Shown: piece after piece, positions 1-14,545 of the stretch
How the letters are laid out: each line of letters begins with the position of its first letter
Position numbering within the stretch: the first letter of the stretch is position 1
Assembly: GCA_012295275.1 (NCBI GenBank)
Contig: CM022670.1
Span: 41,974,001-42,038,000 of the forward strand
DNA: 64,000 nucleotides
Direction: 5' to 3'
DNA from: Chrysomallon squamiferum
Lineage: Eukaryota; Animalia; Mollusca
Position numbers and translations under genes: made by a program
The notes under the pieces: generated by a model
Told to the model about the DNA's origin: nothing
The model's input: only the letters and a program-made list of their open reading frames with translations
The model's database searches: none

Positions 1-46
1 AGGAAGGAAGGAAAAAACAAAAAACAGACAAAAATACAAAACAACA

Positions 47-232
47 ACAAATAAGTAAGTAAACAAATAAGTAAGTAAACAAATAAGTAAGTTAACAAAT
101 AAGTAAGTAAACAAATAAGTAAGTAAACAAACAAGTAAGTTAACAAATAAGTAAGTAAACAAATAAGTAAGTAAACAAACAAGTAAGTTAACAAATAAGT
201 AAGTAAACAAATAAGTAAGTAAACAAACAAGT
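47..232. repeat. 16-17 bp tandem repeat (AAATAAGTAAGTAAAC), ~11 copies
   Basis: Directly visible tandem units in the intron downstream of the exon at 244-510. Confidence 0.9.
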
Positions 233-243
233 ACTTAGATTAC

Positions 244-510
244 CTCATCCTGACCGGAGCAGTCAGAAAAGTAGCCCTTGTTGCGCATGTGATTCAAGTA
301 CGTCTGCGTGATCGGGATGCTGAAGTCAATGATTGGTGGATCATCGATCACGTGAGGAAGAACATCCGGTGTGCTCGCTTTCTGCAGTGGCGCGTTTGTT
401 TCGTTATTATTACGTTCAAAAGACAGGTGCATCCGTTTCTGGCAGTCTGCGCATGACATGAGAAAGCGCGTGACCGCCTCACGTGGCAGAAAAGAATAGG
501 TTTCAGCGAT
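244..510 (-). CDS. NOL4: NOL4/NOL4L-family protein, coding exon 3 (89 codons; gene continues beyond window start)
   Basis: Acceptor ttcttccag|ATC at 510 and donor GAG|gtaatc at 244/243, both phase 0. Encodes IAETYSFLPREAVTRFLMSCADCQKRMHL, matching the NOL4 motif YAFLPREAVTRFLMSCxECQKRMHL. Confidence 0.93.
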
Positions 511-608
511 CTGGAAGAAAAAGGAAACGAATTGAGAGAAAAATAAAATCATTAAACTGTGATGAAGCGAGCAGAAAGAAACAACAGTTCTTCTACCTTT
601 CTTACGTT

Positions 609-985
609 TTATCATCATCATCATCATCATCATTATTACTATTACTATTATTAACAGTAATATTATTATTATTTTCATTATTATTACTATATTATTAATA
701 CTATTTTCATTATTGTTATTGTCGCTGTTGTTATTATTATTATTATCATTATTATTATCGTTATTATCGTTATTATTATTATTATTTTCAAAATTATTAT
801 TATTATTATCATAATCATCATCATAATTATTGTGATAACTGTTATTATTACTATCATCATCACCATCTTCATAATTATTAGTATATCATTATCATTACTA
901 TTATTACTATTATTGTGATCATCATTATTATTATCATAACCATTATTATTATTGTCATTATCATATCATTATTATTATTATTATT

Positions 986-1029
<44 letters not shown>

Positions 1030-1030
1030 T

Positions 1031-1091
<61 letters not shown>

Positions 1092-1135
1092 TTATTATTA
1101 TTATTTTTATTATTTTTATTATTATTATTATTATA
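609..1135. repeat. compound (CAT)n/(TAT)n microsatellite
   Basis: Visible trinucleotide runs; source of the poly-I/L/Y/H ORFs. Confidence 0.95.
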
Positions 1136-1879
1136 AATGCTGTTGTTACTGCTGTTAATGCTACTGCAACTAGTACTACTACAGAATCCGATATTTGTCG
1201 GAAATATCCGACTGTTACCGATTATTTATTTTTCAGTAATACTGCTTCTAAGATTGTAAATAGCTTTACAAAAATAACAACAACCACCACCACTACTACT
1301 ACTACTACTTTTACTACTAGTACTACCACTATTACTTTTAACTACTTCTACTTGCACTACTATACTGCTGCTTATCTGCTACTGCTGATGTCAACAAATA
1401 AACACACTAGAAATATTTGTGGCTAATTTCAGAAACGAAGTAAATGAAAATATTCAGCAGCTTCTCAACACATGATAAAAACATTTGAACTTTCCCCGAT
1501 GAATCAGAAGCCAAATCAAAACGACCTTCATCAGTTCAAGGACAAAGTCTGGAACTGGATTTCAGTCTAGCTAAAGTTTACGTCATGACCTCTCGAAAAC
1601 TGAGATAAAACAGTTATTAATGTTATATATATTTTTTTTATTATTATTATTACTATTATTATTATTATTTTTTTAAAAATACGCTAATTGATCCGTTTTT
1701 TGTTAGATCCGTAATGAAAACATAATTTGTAATGTAAAATATAACGTCAAGCAATTCTGTTGTTCCTAAGCATTCTTCAGTAATAACATGAAAATCAATT
1801 ATCACTGACATTTTGTCATCTAAACATTTTAAAAATCTAAAATTATTACTAACGTCATCAACATTATCATCATTAAAGT

Positions 1880-2325
<446 letters not shown>

Positions 2326-2459
2326 TATATTTTAATATTCTGGTAAATATTATAATTTTTTTAAGAATAAGAATGGATCATGAATATTTTTTAAAACATT
2401 ACATATTTTAATATTAACTGATCTTTTAAGTATCAGTTATCATCATCATCATCATCATC

Positions 2460-2493
<34 letters not shown>

Positions 2494-3925
2494 GTAGTAG
2501 TAGTAGTAGTAGTAATAGTAGTAGTAGTAGTAGCATATTTTAATGCCCTGTTAATTAGAATATTTATAAAAATCAGGCTGGATGGTGAATATTTGTTTAA
2601 ACATCACCTGTTTAATATGAACTATTGTTTTAAGTGTATAACCGGCTCTTATCGGTGAAAAGTCAGGGATCTAATTAACTCAGTTAAATCTTTTATAAGC
2701 CATGTACAACAAAATAACACCATGCCTTTGTTAAAACTAGCAGGAACGGGGAAAAACACAGTGCTCCGATATACCAATTACATGAACCCAGTTTGATCAA
2801 ATGTAACATATTTGTTTTCATTTCTGTCAGTTCGTCTGCTTATAATATGGATATTCTAAAACTCAGAGAATTTCTGACAGTTCCACATTCATAAAACACT
2901 TACAGAAATAATGATACATATATATGTATACACACACAGACGCTTAAATACAAATTAAGATACACTCACACAGATATAAACATCAAAACACTATTATATG
3001 CGTATGCGAACATCATAATATAAAGACATACAAAAATAGCAAAAGAAAAAGAATCAAAATTGAAATAATAAATGAAACAACAAAACAAACAAGACATTAC
3101 TTGATGAAGATATGATAATTAAAATAATTTTAAATCTGAATAATCAGTTGTATTTTCATTTACAAATATAAACGATTTAACATCTAAAATGAAACTGCAC
3201 AGATTAACGAAAGACAACTCCGACAATTAAGATATCACGAGTTAATGCCCACATTTTATTTCATACTGCACGGCTGCATAGATATTAGAAGACTGAGTCT
3301 CTTTCATAGCCATTCATTAATTTACACTGCTCACTGCAGTTTAGTAATACATTTAAGTCTGTGACGTCACTGGCGTGGCCTGATGCAGAAACGTACGAAC
3401 GTTTTACAGTGGGAAGGAAGGAGAAGAAACGAATGCAGTTACGATTGTAGTTACGAGAATTCAATTACGACTGTAGTTACGACGTTTCTGTTACATATGA
3501 AATAAAATACAACACACGTTTATGTGAGATTGAAGGTTCTGGGTATCAGATTAACTTAGTTTGTTAGATACTTGTTTTAGTTACAGGTCAGTCGCGTTTC
3601 TTGGCGTGTTCGAGATGTGTGGACGACTTTCTGACTGCAGTGACCACAATAACACAAAAACTGTTTTAACAGTGTGCTTTCACTTTTCATTTTTAATGTG
3701 CTTTCAATAAACTTTGTTAATGTGGTTTCAAGATACATTTTTAATGTGCTTTCAGTATACTTTGTTAATATGGTTTCAGTATACTTTGATCATGTGGCTT
3801 CAGTATACTTTGATCATGTGGTTTTAGTATACATCGTTAATGTGGCTGGGTGGATTTTCGATCATTTGTTTTATATTTTTTTATTTTCAGTGAAGCAGAG
3901 GCGTGTGTATGCATCAGACTTACAA

Positions 3926-4824
3926 ATATTTGTAAATCATTAATAAAGTATCAGCAAAAACGTTCAGTTCTCTGACGAATAAAACTCACACACATATATA
4001 TATATAAACACACTATTAAAACTGACACACACACACACACATATATATATTTATACATACACTATTAAAACTTACACATACACACATATATATATTTATA
4101 CATACACTATTAAAACTAACACACACACACATATATATATTTATACATACACTATTAAAACTTACACATACACACATATATATATAAACACACTATTAAA
4201 ACTCACACACACATATATATATTTATACATACACTATTAAAACTAACATACACACATATATATATTTATACATACACTATTAAAACTTACACACACACAC
4301 ATATATATATATAAACACACTATTAAAACTCACACACACATATATATAAACACACTGTTAAAACTCACACACACATATATATATTTATACATACACTATT
4401 AAAACTCACACACACATATATATATTTATACATACACTATTAAAACTTACACACACACACATATATATATAAACACACTATTAAAACTAACACACATATA
4501 TATATATTTATACATACACTATTAAAACTCACACACACATATATATATATATAAAAAAACACTATTAAAACTAACATACACACATATATATTTATACATA
4601 CACTATTAAAACTCACATATACATACATATATAAAACACATATCTGTTAAAACTCACATACACATATATATACATACTGTTAAAACTCACACACACATAT
4701 ATATAAACACACTATTAAAACTTACACGCACAGATATATATTTATACGTACACATAAATATATATCTGTGTGTAAGTTTTAATAGTGTTTGTATAAATAT
4801 ATATATATGTGTGTGTAAGTTTTA

Positions 4825-4862
<38 letters not shown>

Positions 4863-5490
4863 CTGTATGTAAGTTTTAATACAGTATGTATAAATATATA
4901 TATGTGTGTGTGAGTTTTAATAGTGTATGTATATATATATATATATATATATATCTGTGTAAGTTTTAATACAGTATGTATAAATATATATATGTGTGTA
5001 AGTTTTAATAGTGTATGTATAAATTTATATATATCTGTATGTAAGTTTTAATAGTGTATGTATAAATATATATATATATATATATATGTGTGTAAGTTTT
5101 AATAGTGTATGTATAAATATACATATATATATGTGTGTGTGTGAGTTTTAATAGTGTGTTTATAAATATATATATATATGTGTGTGTAAGTTTTAATAGT
5201 GTATGTATAAATATATATATATATATATGTGTGTGTAAGTTTTAATAGTGTATGTATAAATATACATATATATATGTGTGTATGTGTAAATTTTAATAGT
5301 GTATGTATAAATATACATATATGTGTGTGTGTAAGTTTTAATAGTGTATGTATAAATATACATATATATATGTGTGTGTAAGTTTTAATAGTGTATGTAT
5401 AAATATACATATATATATGTGTGTGTGTAAGTTTTAACAGTCAGAGAATTGAACGTTTTTGCTGATACTTTATTAATGATATACAAATAT
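3926..5490. repeat. large inverted repeat (foldback) built from a ~45 bp minisatellite, with unique ~50 bp inverted ends
   Basis: 3926-3976 ATATTTGTAAATCATTAATAAAGTATCAGCAAAAACGTTCAGTTCTCTGAC is the near-exact reverse complement of 5440-5490. Internal units ACACTATTAAAACT(CA)n(TA)n switch orientation at ~4750. Confidence 0.9.
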
Positions 5491-7709
5491 ATACGTCCAC
5501 TATTAAAACTCACATACACATATATATAAAAACACACTATTAAAAATCACACACACACACATATATATATATAAACACACTTAAAAATCACACACACATA
5601 TATATATATATAAACACACTACTAAAACTCACGCACACATGTATATTTATACATACACTATTAAAACTCTCTTACATACAAAACCAGCTAGGATACAGTC
5701 ATAGTATTATTGCAAGGTAATACGACCAGGTATGTTGGTGTTGTCATGGAAACACATTGATGTTCTGTAGCACGGGACACTACGATGGAGAGCTGCTCGA
5801 AGTGATGTTTGATAAATTTATTTCCTCGCTTGTTAATGAAAGCAGCCGAGACAAAGACGCACTGCGAGGTTTCCTCACTTAGCTCTGGCTATCTTTTTTT
5901 CAAGACGAAGAAGAATTATAGATGTGCTAACTATCTCGTTTTGACGTTAAACTTCAGTGTGACGTTATCGACGCAGAACAAACTATTAATCATTTAAATA
6001 ATCAGAAATTAGCAGCGAAATTAAACAAACAACTCGGGAAATACAGTTTTACGTCTAACAAACACATTAGTCTTTCAAACTATATTTTCATATATCTAAA
6101 TACTTATATGTCCACCCATATATTCATCCATGTGTCCGTCTATTTGCATTGTCGTGCACTCATTCGTCAGTTCATCCGTGCGGATGATTTGTCTGTTTGA
6201 GCTATTAACAGCACTTTCTTCTTAGTTCACATTTCTGTCAGTGTCCCGTGGTCTTTCAGAAAATCTTCACTGGTGATTTACCATTAGACATTTCCCATCA
6301 TCCACCACGCCTGCGAGTTACCATTAGACATTTCCCATCATCCACCACGCCTACGAGCGGCCATGTTCAGTATGAACAGTTCATCCGAGCAAAACACTCT
6401 GACGTGATGGAAGTTCACGACTAGCTCACGTGTTTACCCGAACACGTCACTTGTAAATTTATACATGTACACCAGTTAATGTAAACTTTATACCTCTGTG
6501 AAAACTTTATATCTATACACTCGTGTAAACTTTATATTTTTAAAACCTTTTTGAGAAAATTTTATATCTGTCAGTCGTTTTGTGTATATTGTTTTATGTG
6601 TAACTCAGTTTGTGTAAACTTTATTTTTGTAAATATTTTTTTATAAATTTTATATCTATTAGTCGTTTTGTGTATATTTTTTATATGTAAACCTCTTTGT
6701 ATAGACTTTATATTTGTATACCTTTTTGTAAAAATGTTATATCTGTCAAACATTTTGTGTATAGTTTTTATTGTTTGTGTAAACTTTATATTTGTTAATC
6801 TTCTTTTTCTCTAATTTTTTTTATTATATTAGTAGGTTTGTATATAGTTTTGTACACCTGTACCCCAGTTTTTTGTATATTTTGAATACGTAGAACAGTT
6901 AATGTAAAGTTTATGATATGTATGTAATTTTTATATAGTATTATACGTGTAACGAATTTGTGTAAATCATGAATATGTATACAAATTTGTGTAAATCATA
7001 TACTGGTATACAGTTTGTATAAACCACATATCATAACACTAGTTTGTGTAGGTCATATACATGTATAGTAGTTTGTGTAAATCGTATACTTGTATACTGT
7101 TTTGTGTAACGCAGATACGTGATACTAGTTTGTGTAAACTTGATATAACCAGTCAGTGAAAAGCTCATGCATGTACACGAGGTCTTGCAAACTAAAGAAC
7201 GTCAAATATAGGAGATTATTTTGCACAAAAGAAAGTTGTCAACGTACAGGAGGACGAAATGACCACGGACACGGACTTTACCTTTCTCACGTGTTTGTAA
7301 GAAGAATAATTAGCCAGGTGACTTCCATTGAAGTCTCACCGTGCAATTAGCCGGCTCCTCTCCACGCCACGCTCTTTAACAAAAGAAAATCTTTCAGTGA
7401 ACTAATCACTATTGTCAGCTGTGTGTGCGTGGCGGCGGGGGGAGGGTGGGGGGCGATTCAAGGCTCTCTCGTGGCTAATGCTTAAACAAAGACGTCTGAA
7501 TGGCAAATTAAAAGGAAATCTTCACTGTCACTTTGTCTGAAAACAGCAAGTCAGTACAGCAAGGCAAACATGAAGGGCGTAGGAAACGCAGTGAGCTGTG
7601 CAACGCATGTTACGTACTACGTCATCACCTTTTCACGTTCACGCATTTCAAAAAGTATTATTACACAGCCATCAGCTAACTGCATTCATCACTGTACACT
7701 TCTGTGACA

Positions 7710-8591
7710 ATCTACATTTATAACTGTGAATACGTACATTTATATCTGTGACTACGTACATTTATATCAGTGACTGTATACATTTATATCAGTGACTGTA
7801 TACATTTTTAACTGTGACTACGTACATTTATATCAGTGACTACTTACTTTTATATCAGTGACTGTATACAATTATAACTGTGTCTACGTACATTTATATC
7901 AGTGACTACTTACTTTTATATCAGTGACTGTATACATATATATCAGTGACTGTATACATTTATATCAGTGACTATATATTTATATCAGTGACTGTATACA
8001 TTTATATCAGTGACTACGTACATTTATATCATTGACTGTATACATTTATATCAGTGACTGTATACATTTATAACTGTGACTACCAACATTTATATCAATG
8101 ACTGTATACATTTATACCTGTGACAACATACATTTATATCAGTGACATTACACATTTATAACTGTGACTATGTACGTTTTATCATTGACTGTTTACATTT
8201 ATAAATTTGACTATGTACATTTATATCAGTGACAGTATAAATTTATACGTGTGACTATGTACATTTATAACTGCAACTACGAACATTTGTAAATGTGACT
8301 ACGTACATTTATAAATATGTACGTTTATAACTGACTGTACATTTATACTGTGACAGTGTATATCATAAACTGTGACTATATACATTTATATCTGTGCATT
8401 TATAACACTGTGTACAACAATAACAGCGACTGCATATATATTTATAACTGTCACTGCATATATTCTTAACTGTGACAAAGTACAGTTATAAATGTGACTG
8501 TGTACACTTGTAATACTGACTATGTACACTTGTAATACTGACTATGTACACTTGTAATACTGACTATGTACACTTGTAATACTGACTATGT
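7710..8591. repeat. 22 bp minisatellite (GTGACTGTATACATTTATATCA and variants)
   Basis: Tandem degenerate 22-mers ending ~90 bp before the donor of NOL4 exon 2. Confidence 0.9.
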
Positions 8592-8683
8592 CGATCTTTT
8601 CACTGATCCACTCAGTGACTCTGCCCTGTCACTGATCACTTCACTGTTTGTGTTTACTAACAGTTAACTCTTCATTTACTTAC

Positions 8684-8824
8684 TGCGCGGTATGTTCTCT
8701 TCTGACCGGCGTGTTTACCTCCCCTGCCATCCATCTCCACGTGCACGCCGTAGATGATGTCGAAGAAATCTTCAACGATGGCGACACGTTTATATCCCCG
8801 TTCTTCGTCCACACACTGACCATT
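8684..8824 (-). CDS. NOL4: NOL4/NOL4L-family protein, coding exon 2 (47 codons)
   Basis: Acceptor ttaacatttcag|AAT at 8824 and donor GCA|gtaagt at 8684/8683, phase 0. Translation NGQCVDEERGYKRVAIVEDFFDIIYGVHVEMDGRGGKHAGQKRTYRA matches NOL4 RVAVVEDFFDIIY..H...KHAGQKRTYKA. Not in the ORF track. Confidence 0.95.
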
Positions 8825-9344
8825 CTGAAATGTTAAAAACTGTGATTAAAACAAAGAAAAACGTGAAATTTCTCTTACAGTATATTTCTCTTTTAATTAA
8901 CTAATTTAATTAATCGGTTTGTCTTTGTTGGGTTTTTTTTGTTGTTTTATTTAATCATTCAATTTTATTCTTATTTATTTCATTTACTGCTTCCTTTCCG
9001 ATTTCTTCTACCGACAAAGAGATAAGGAAAGTTATGGTAATAGTGGACAGACTGTTACACAAACAGAGAGAGCTGTAAGCAGGTCAAAGTTCATTGATGA
9101 TATGTCACAGAGAATTCAAAGACATAAAAGATTTTTTTAGCTGGATTTAAAGATGTCTGCTTAATGGCTATCATGTTGCGTGGATCAATATTCGTTTTTT
9201 CTTCTTCTTCAAGAATTAGCTTCGTTCACGTAAAACTATCCATTGTAGAAAGAAATGTCTTTTTTATTACAAATAATCAGCTGTCCCGTCGTTTATACTG
9301 TTTATTCCGATCTGCACAACAACCACAACAATAAGAGCAATGGC

Positions 9345-9546
9345 AATAATAATAATAATAACAACAACAACAACAAACAACCACAACATTATAATAAAAT
9401 GATAATGATAATAATAATAATAATAATAATAATATTAATAACAACAACAAACAACAACAACATTTATAATAAAATTATAATGATAATGAAAATAATAATA
9501 ATAATAACAATAACAACAACAAACAACAACAACAGTATTATAATAA

Positions 9547-9599
<53 letters not shown>

Positions 9600-9683
9600 C
9601 AAACAACAACAGTATTATAATAAATGATGATAATGATAATAATAATAACAACAACAATAACAAAAACGACAGTATTATAATAA

Positions 9684-9718
<35 letters not shown>

Positions 9719-9786
9719 TAATATAATAATAACAATAACAACAACAAACAACAACAACAATATTATAATAAACAGTATTATAATAA

Positions 9787-9824
<38 letters not shown>

Positions 9825-9858
9825 GAAGAAGAAGAAGAACAACAACAACAACAACAAC
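9345..9858. repeat. compound (AAT)/(AAC)/(GAT) microsatellite with higher-order repeat units
   Basis: Recurring ATTATAATAAAATG(ATAATG)n(AAT)n(AAC)n blocks. Confidence 0.9.
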
Positions 9859-11448
9859 ATTAACAGCCTCAGGGATAACAAAAATAAGGAAAACAAAAAT
9901 AACCACGTTCATGACAACTGCATCATCAGCAGCAACAACATCCTGTTAAGTATATCACGACGATGCTGTATATGTTAATATATGACATTTGTTTTTCTTA
10001 CTGAAAGGGACGTTCTAATTTTTATATTATATATATTTTTTATTTTTTATTTTTTTATTTTTTTTGGTTGGTAAAAATTATTTTTATTTGCGATAAACAT
10101 CGATATGATTTTTATTTATATTTTATTTATTTATTTATTTATTATTATTATTATTTTTTTTTTTTTTTTTTTTTTTTGAATGAAACTATAACTTTAAATA
10201 AATATTTGTATTATTCAGAAAGGGGATGGGTCGCGATTTGAACCCAACAACTCCAGCGAGTAAAGAAATCGATAAACTAATCAGAGTTGAACAGTCTAAT
10301 CCCCGCTAACAATTAGCCGACCTAATACAACGACTACTTTCTGCCAGTCGACGACGTCCTAATGACGTTGTGTTCCATTATGAAGAATTGTGTGTCGCGA
10401 AAAGCCGTGCTGTGATTAAAGTCGCCGACGTCGACTTGTTAAAAGTATTACATAAGAACATGAATCAGATTTCTAACCAAATCCGCCGTAAAATAAACCA
10501 GTCTCATTAACAGCCCATCGGCCGGAAACTCCAACTTCGGGTCATAACTCGAACTGGGCTGCTGGCACGTACTGGAACTGACATGCGCGTGAGGATCGCC
10601 CGTTTGGATCTTAATTTAGGACAAGAGCGAAAGATTTTCATTCAAATGACTGACACGTAATGCTGCTAGAAGAAAAACACGGTTTTATTTTTTTTTTTTT
10701 TATTTTTATTTTTTATTTTTTTTTTTGTTTTTTGGCGGTTTTTTATTGTTATCGTTTTTGAATTATTAGTAATTTCTCCAAAATTCTATCGAAATAAAAT
10801 TTTTAACAATACGATTTCTTTTTCTGAATATCTAATATTAGATACGAATATGGATAGGAAAGCAAAACGTGGATGGATAAACTGACAGTATATCTAGCTA
10901 GGTATACATAGAAACAATTATTACTACTGTAGTACCTATAAATACTTCCATGGCAACTAGACTAGTGCAAGTGCTACTACTAGTAGTGTGTTACTATTTA
11001 CTACTAATATTGTTACTAGTACAACAACTGAAAATAATTCTGCAGGTAACAGATTGCTAGTAGCAGTAATGAAGTAGAAGTAGAAGTGTTACTGTAGTAC
11101 CAAGTAAATTAGTAGAAACTGGCAACAGCAAAATCACTGAAACAATTTACTGTTAACAAATGAAATATGACCTAATGCTGCTGATGATGATAATAATGAT
11201 GAGAATGATGATAATAATAATGATGATGATATTACTGAACAAAAAAATACAAACGAATAATATGCATTGTAATTGTCGTTTGGCATTTTCTTTTCTTTTT
11301 TTTCAGTGTAGAAGTAACGTCAGAGAGACTCTCAAACTGCCTTTATTTGTTTAATCATCCTTCTCGTTTTTTCTTCTGCCTCTCTTTCTGAAGAGCAGCA
11401 TTCCAAATAAAAACCATTCTAAAATTCTGATTGGTTATCTTAAGGAAT

Positions 11449-11463
11449 CCACCAGAGGGCGCA
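11449..11463 (+). promoter_or_regulatory. candidate CTCF site CCACCAGAGGGCGCA
   Basis: Matches the CTCF core consensus CCASYAGRKGGCRS; lies in a CpG-rich intronic island. Confidence 0.5.
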
Positions 11464-12684
11464 GAATGTAATCTAGCGCGAGCCGGTGGAAGCCGACAAA
11501 AGGTGACAAAACACGACGTTAATTGTCTTTTTGACTTTGAGCGCGGGACACCCACGGGAACAATTTCCAGAGAGTGAGTCGCGTTTCGTCACACGAGCAG
11601 CTTCCAAATCCGAGCAGGAAAAGCTCATCGGAGAGAAGCTTTGTCCAGTCTCGCGCTGACACTAAACTCCGTCCTGGGGCTCGTTCTGCACGGGCTATCT
11701 GTGAGCTCGAGCCTCTGGCGTGACACGTGTGCGTAATTCGTAAACACACGAGCAAAACTTGAAATCTGGCTTCAGTGCGTAGATTCACAACGCAGTTTAC
11801 AGTTTTCACATACTAGTCTTACTACTACTACTTCTACTACTATTACTGCTGCTACTATTATTGCTACTACTGCTACTATTACTTCTGTTACTACTGCTGC
11901 TGCTGTGTCTACTACTTCTAATATTTCCTATCTTATATCTTACGTAACACAGAAATTATGTGTAAAACAAGTTTTCATTAACAGAAAAATACTGTGTTTA
12001 TTATAACTGTGAGACAGAGAAAAATTCTGTATCTGTGAGACAGACAAAAATAACGAGTTTAGTATACTGTGAGATAGACGACTAAATAAGAAAGAAAAAA
12101 GGCATGCAGTGTAGAAGACGAAGATAATCAAAAAGAAATTAACTAATTGATTCCAAAAATGACTAATTACCCTACAACTACTGACACTGAGAAACCGAGT
12201 CACGTGATGCATGCTTTAGAGCGAGCAGTGTGTGGAGAAAGTAAGTCAATAAAACAATATTGTGATTAAACTAGAACAAATGTTCAATATTTCTAATATC
12301 CAGGAGTTTTAGTTTTATTATACTACGTTACCAGACTTCGTATGAGAAGAGAGTTTTACAAAATGATGTATAATGTACGATATCGAAATAAAACCATTAA
12401 ACAGATTTGACGCAGTACTTTTACATCACAAAACAGCCTTTTAGAAAGTATACTACTTCCAATATCACGTTAAATCTTTTGTAAGTAATGGACGTACAAA
12501 GTACTACTTCCAAATTCACGTCATATCACGTGTAAGTACTAGACGTAGAAAGTACTACTTTCTAAATCACGTAAAATCATCTATAAGAAGTAATATACGT
12601 AGAAAGTACCACTTCAAAAATAATGTTTAAAAAGCAGTTTAGATAAGATGTGCCAACCAAAATCACTGTTATTATAAGTGAAAT

Positions 12685-13677
12685 TAGAGAAAAATACTGT
12701 GTTTATTATAACTGTGAGACAGAGAAAAATACTGTGTTTATTATAACTGTGAGACAGAGAAAAATAATGTGTTTATTATAACTGTGAGATAGAGAAAAAT
12801 ACTGTGTTTATTATAACTGTGAGACAGAGGAAAATACTGTGTTTATTATAACTGTGAGATAGAGAAAAATACTGTGTTTATTATAACTGTGAGACAGAGA
12901 AAAATAATGTGTTTATTATAACTGTGAGACAGAGAAAAATACTGTGTTTATTATAACTGTGAGACAGAGAAAAATACTGTGTTTATTATAACTGTGAGAC
13001 AGAGAAAAATAATGTGTTTATTATAACTGTGAGATAGAGAAAAATACTGTGTTTATTATAACTGTGAGACAGAGGAAAATACTGTGTTTATTATAACTGT
13101 GAGATAGAGAAAAATACTGTGTTTATTATAACTGTGAGACAGAGAAAAATAATGTGTTTATTATAACTGTGAGACAGAGAAAAATACTGTGTTTATTATA
13201 ACTGTGAGATAGAGAAAAACACTGTGTTTATTATAACTGTGAGATAGAGAAAAATAATATATTTATTATAACTGTGAGACAGAGAAAAATAATGTGTTTA
13301 TTATAACTGTGAGATAGAAAAAAATAATGTGTTTATTATAACTGTGAGACAGAGAAAAATAATGTGTTTATTATAACTGTGAGACAGAGAAAAATAATGT
13401 GTTTATTATAACTGTGAGACAGAGAAAACTAATGTGTTTATTATAACTGTGAGACAGAGGAAAATACTGTGTTTATTATAACTGTGAGATAGAGAAAAAT
13501 AAGGTGTTTTATAACTGTGAGATAGAGAAAAATACTGTGTTTATTATAACTGTGAGACAGAGGAAAATACTGTGTTTATTATAACTGTGAGATAGAGAAA
13601 AATAAGGTGTTTATAACTGTGAGATATAAAAAATAATGTGTTTTATAGCTGTGAGATAAATAAAAATACTGTGTTTG
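12685..13677. repeat. 35 bp minisatellite (AGAGAAAAATACTGTGTTTATTATAACTGTGAGAC), ~28 copies
   Basis: Highly homogeneous tandem array; a solo monomer lies at ~11982-12024. Confidence 0.97.
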
Positions 13678-14513
13678 TCAAATCTTGTATGAAAAGTAAT
13701 ATACGTAGAAACTGGTATTTCCATTAATCAAATTTTATGAAGCAGTACTTGTGTAAATACTCTTTTAACTGCTGTAATAGATACAATTATTTATTAATTA
13801 TTTTAACTGCCACTAATTAATTAATTAATTTATTTATTTTTTATTTATTTAATGAGTTATTAAAATACAGTGTGTACACATCTAAGTCTCAGTGAGAATC
13901 AAACAGTTTAGTGTTGTTAATGTTTTTACTGCAGGTACTGATTAGACGTGTGGTAAAATTTCAACATTTTATCAGAATCAATACGACGTCTGCTCTTGTC
14001 GCCTGACTCTTCTAGAAAAGAAATCACATTAAACCTAATTGATATTTTTTTTCTCCAGTTCTTAACGTGGACACAAGGTAAGATAGAAAAGCAAACAGTC
14101 CCGAAAAGAGGCGACGCATGCGCAGATAGTTATCAAGCTTAAAGAGATGTACGTGTAATCTCTATTGATTGCAAATACACACAATGTGACAAATAACATT
14201 TGATTAAAAACTGGTTAATTGTAAATTTCGAACAAAATGATTTTATTCTTTCTTTCAGCAAGTTTTCATCATCAGATAACAGCTAATATTAAACGTTTGA
14301 AATAAATATCTAAATAAATAAATAAATAAAAATGTATGTGACGTCAATTTATTGGTAATAATAATAATAATCAGAGCAATATACAGTTTCAATAATTCAT
14401 TACAGGTTGCGGAAAATAAAAACTTTTGCTGAGACACTTGAATAAAAAAATGAATAAACCACCAATGAGCAATGAACCTAAACAGGCCGGAATTAGCTGA
14501 AAACACCACCTCC

Positions 14514-14545
<32 letters not shown>

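Noticed and set aside
511-678. N-terminal part of ORF 235..678 as a signal peptide or TM segment
   Set aside because: Intronic microsatellite and polypyrimidine tract upstream of the acceptor at 510.
8648-8836. Plus-strand 62-aa ORF
   Set aside because: Antisense shadow of NOL4 exon 2.
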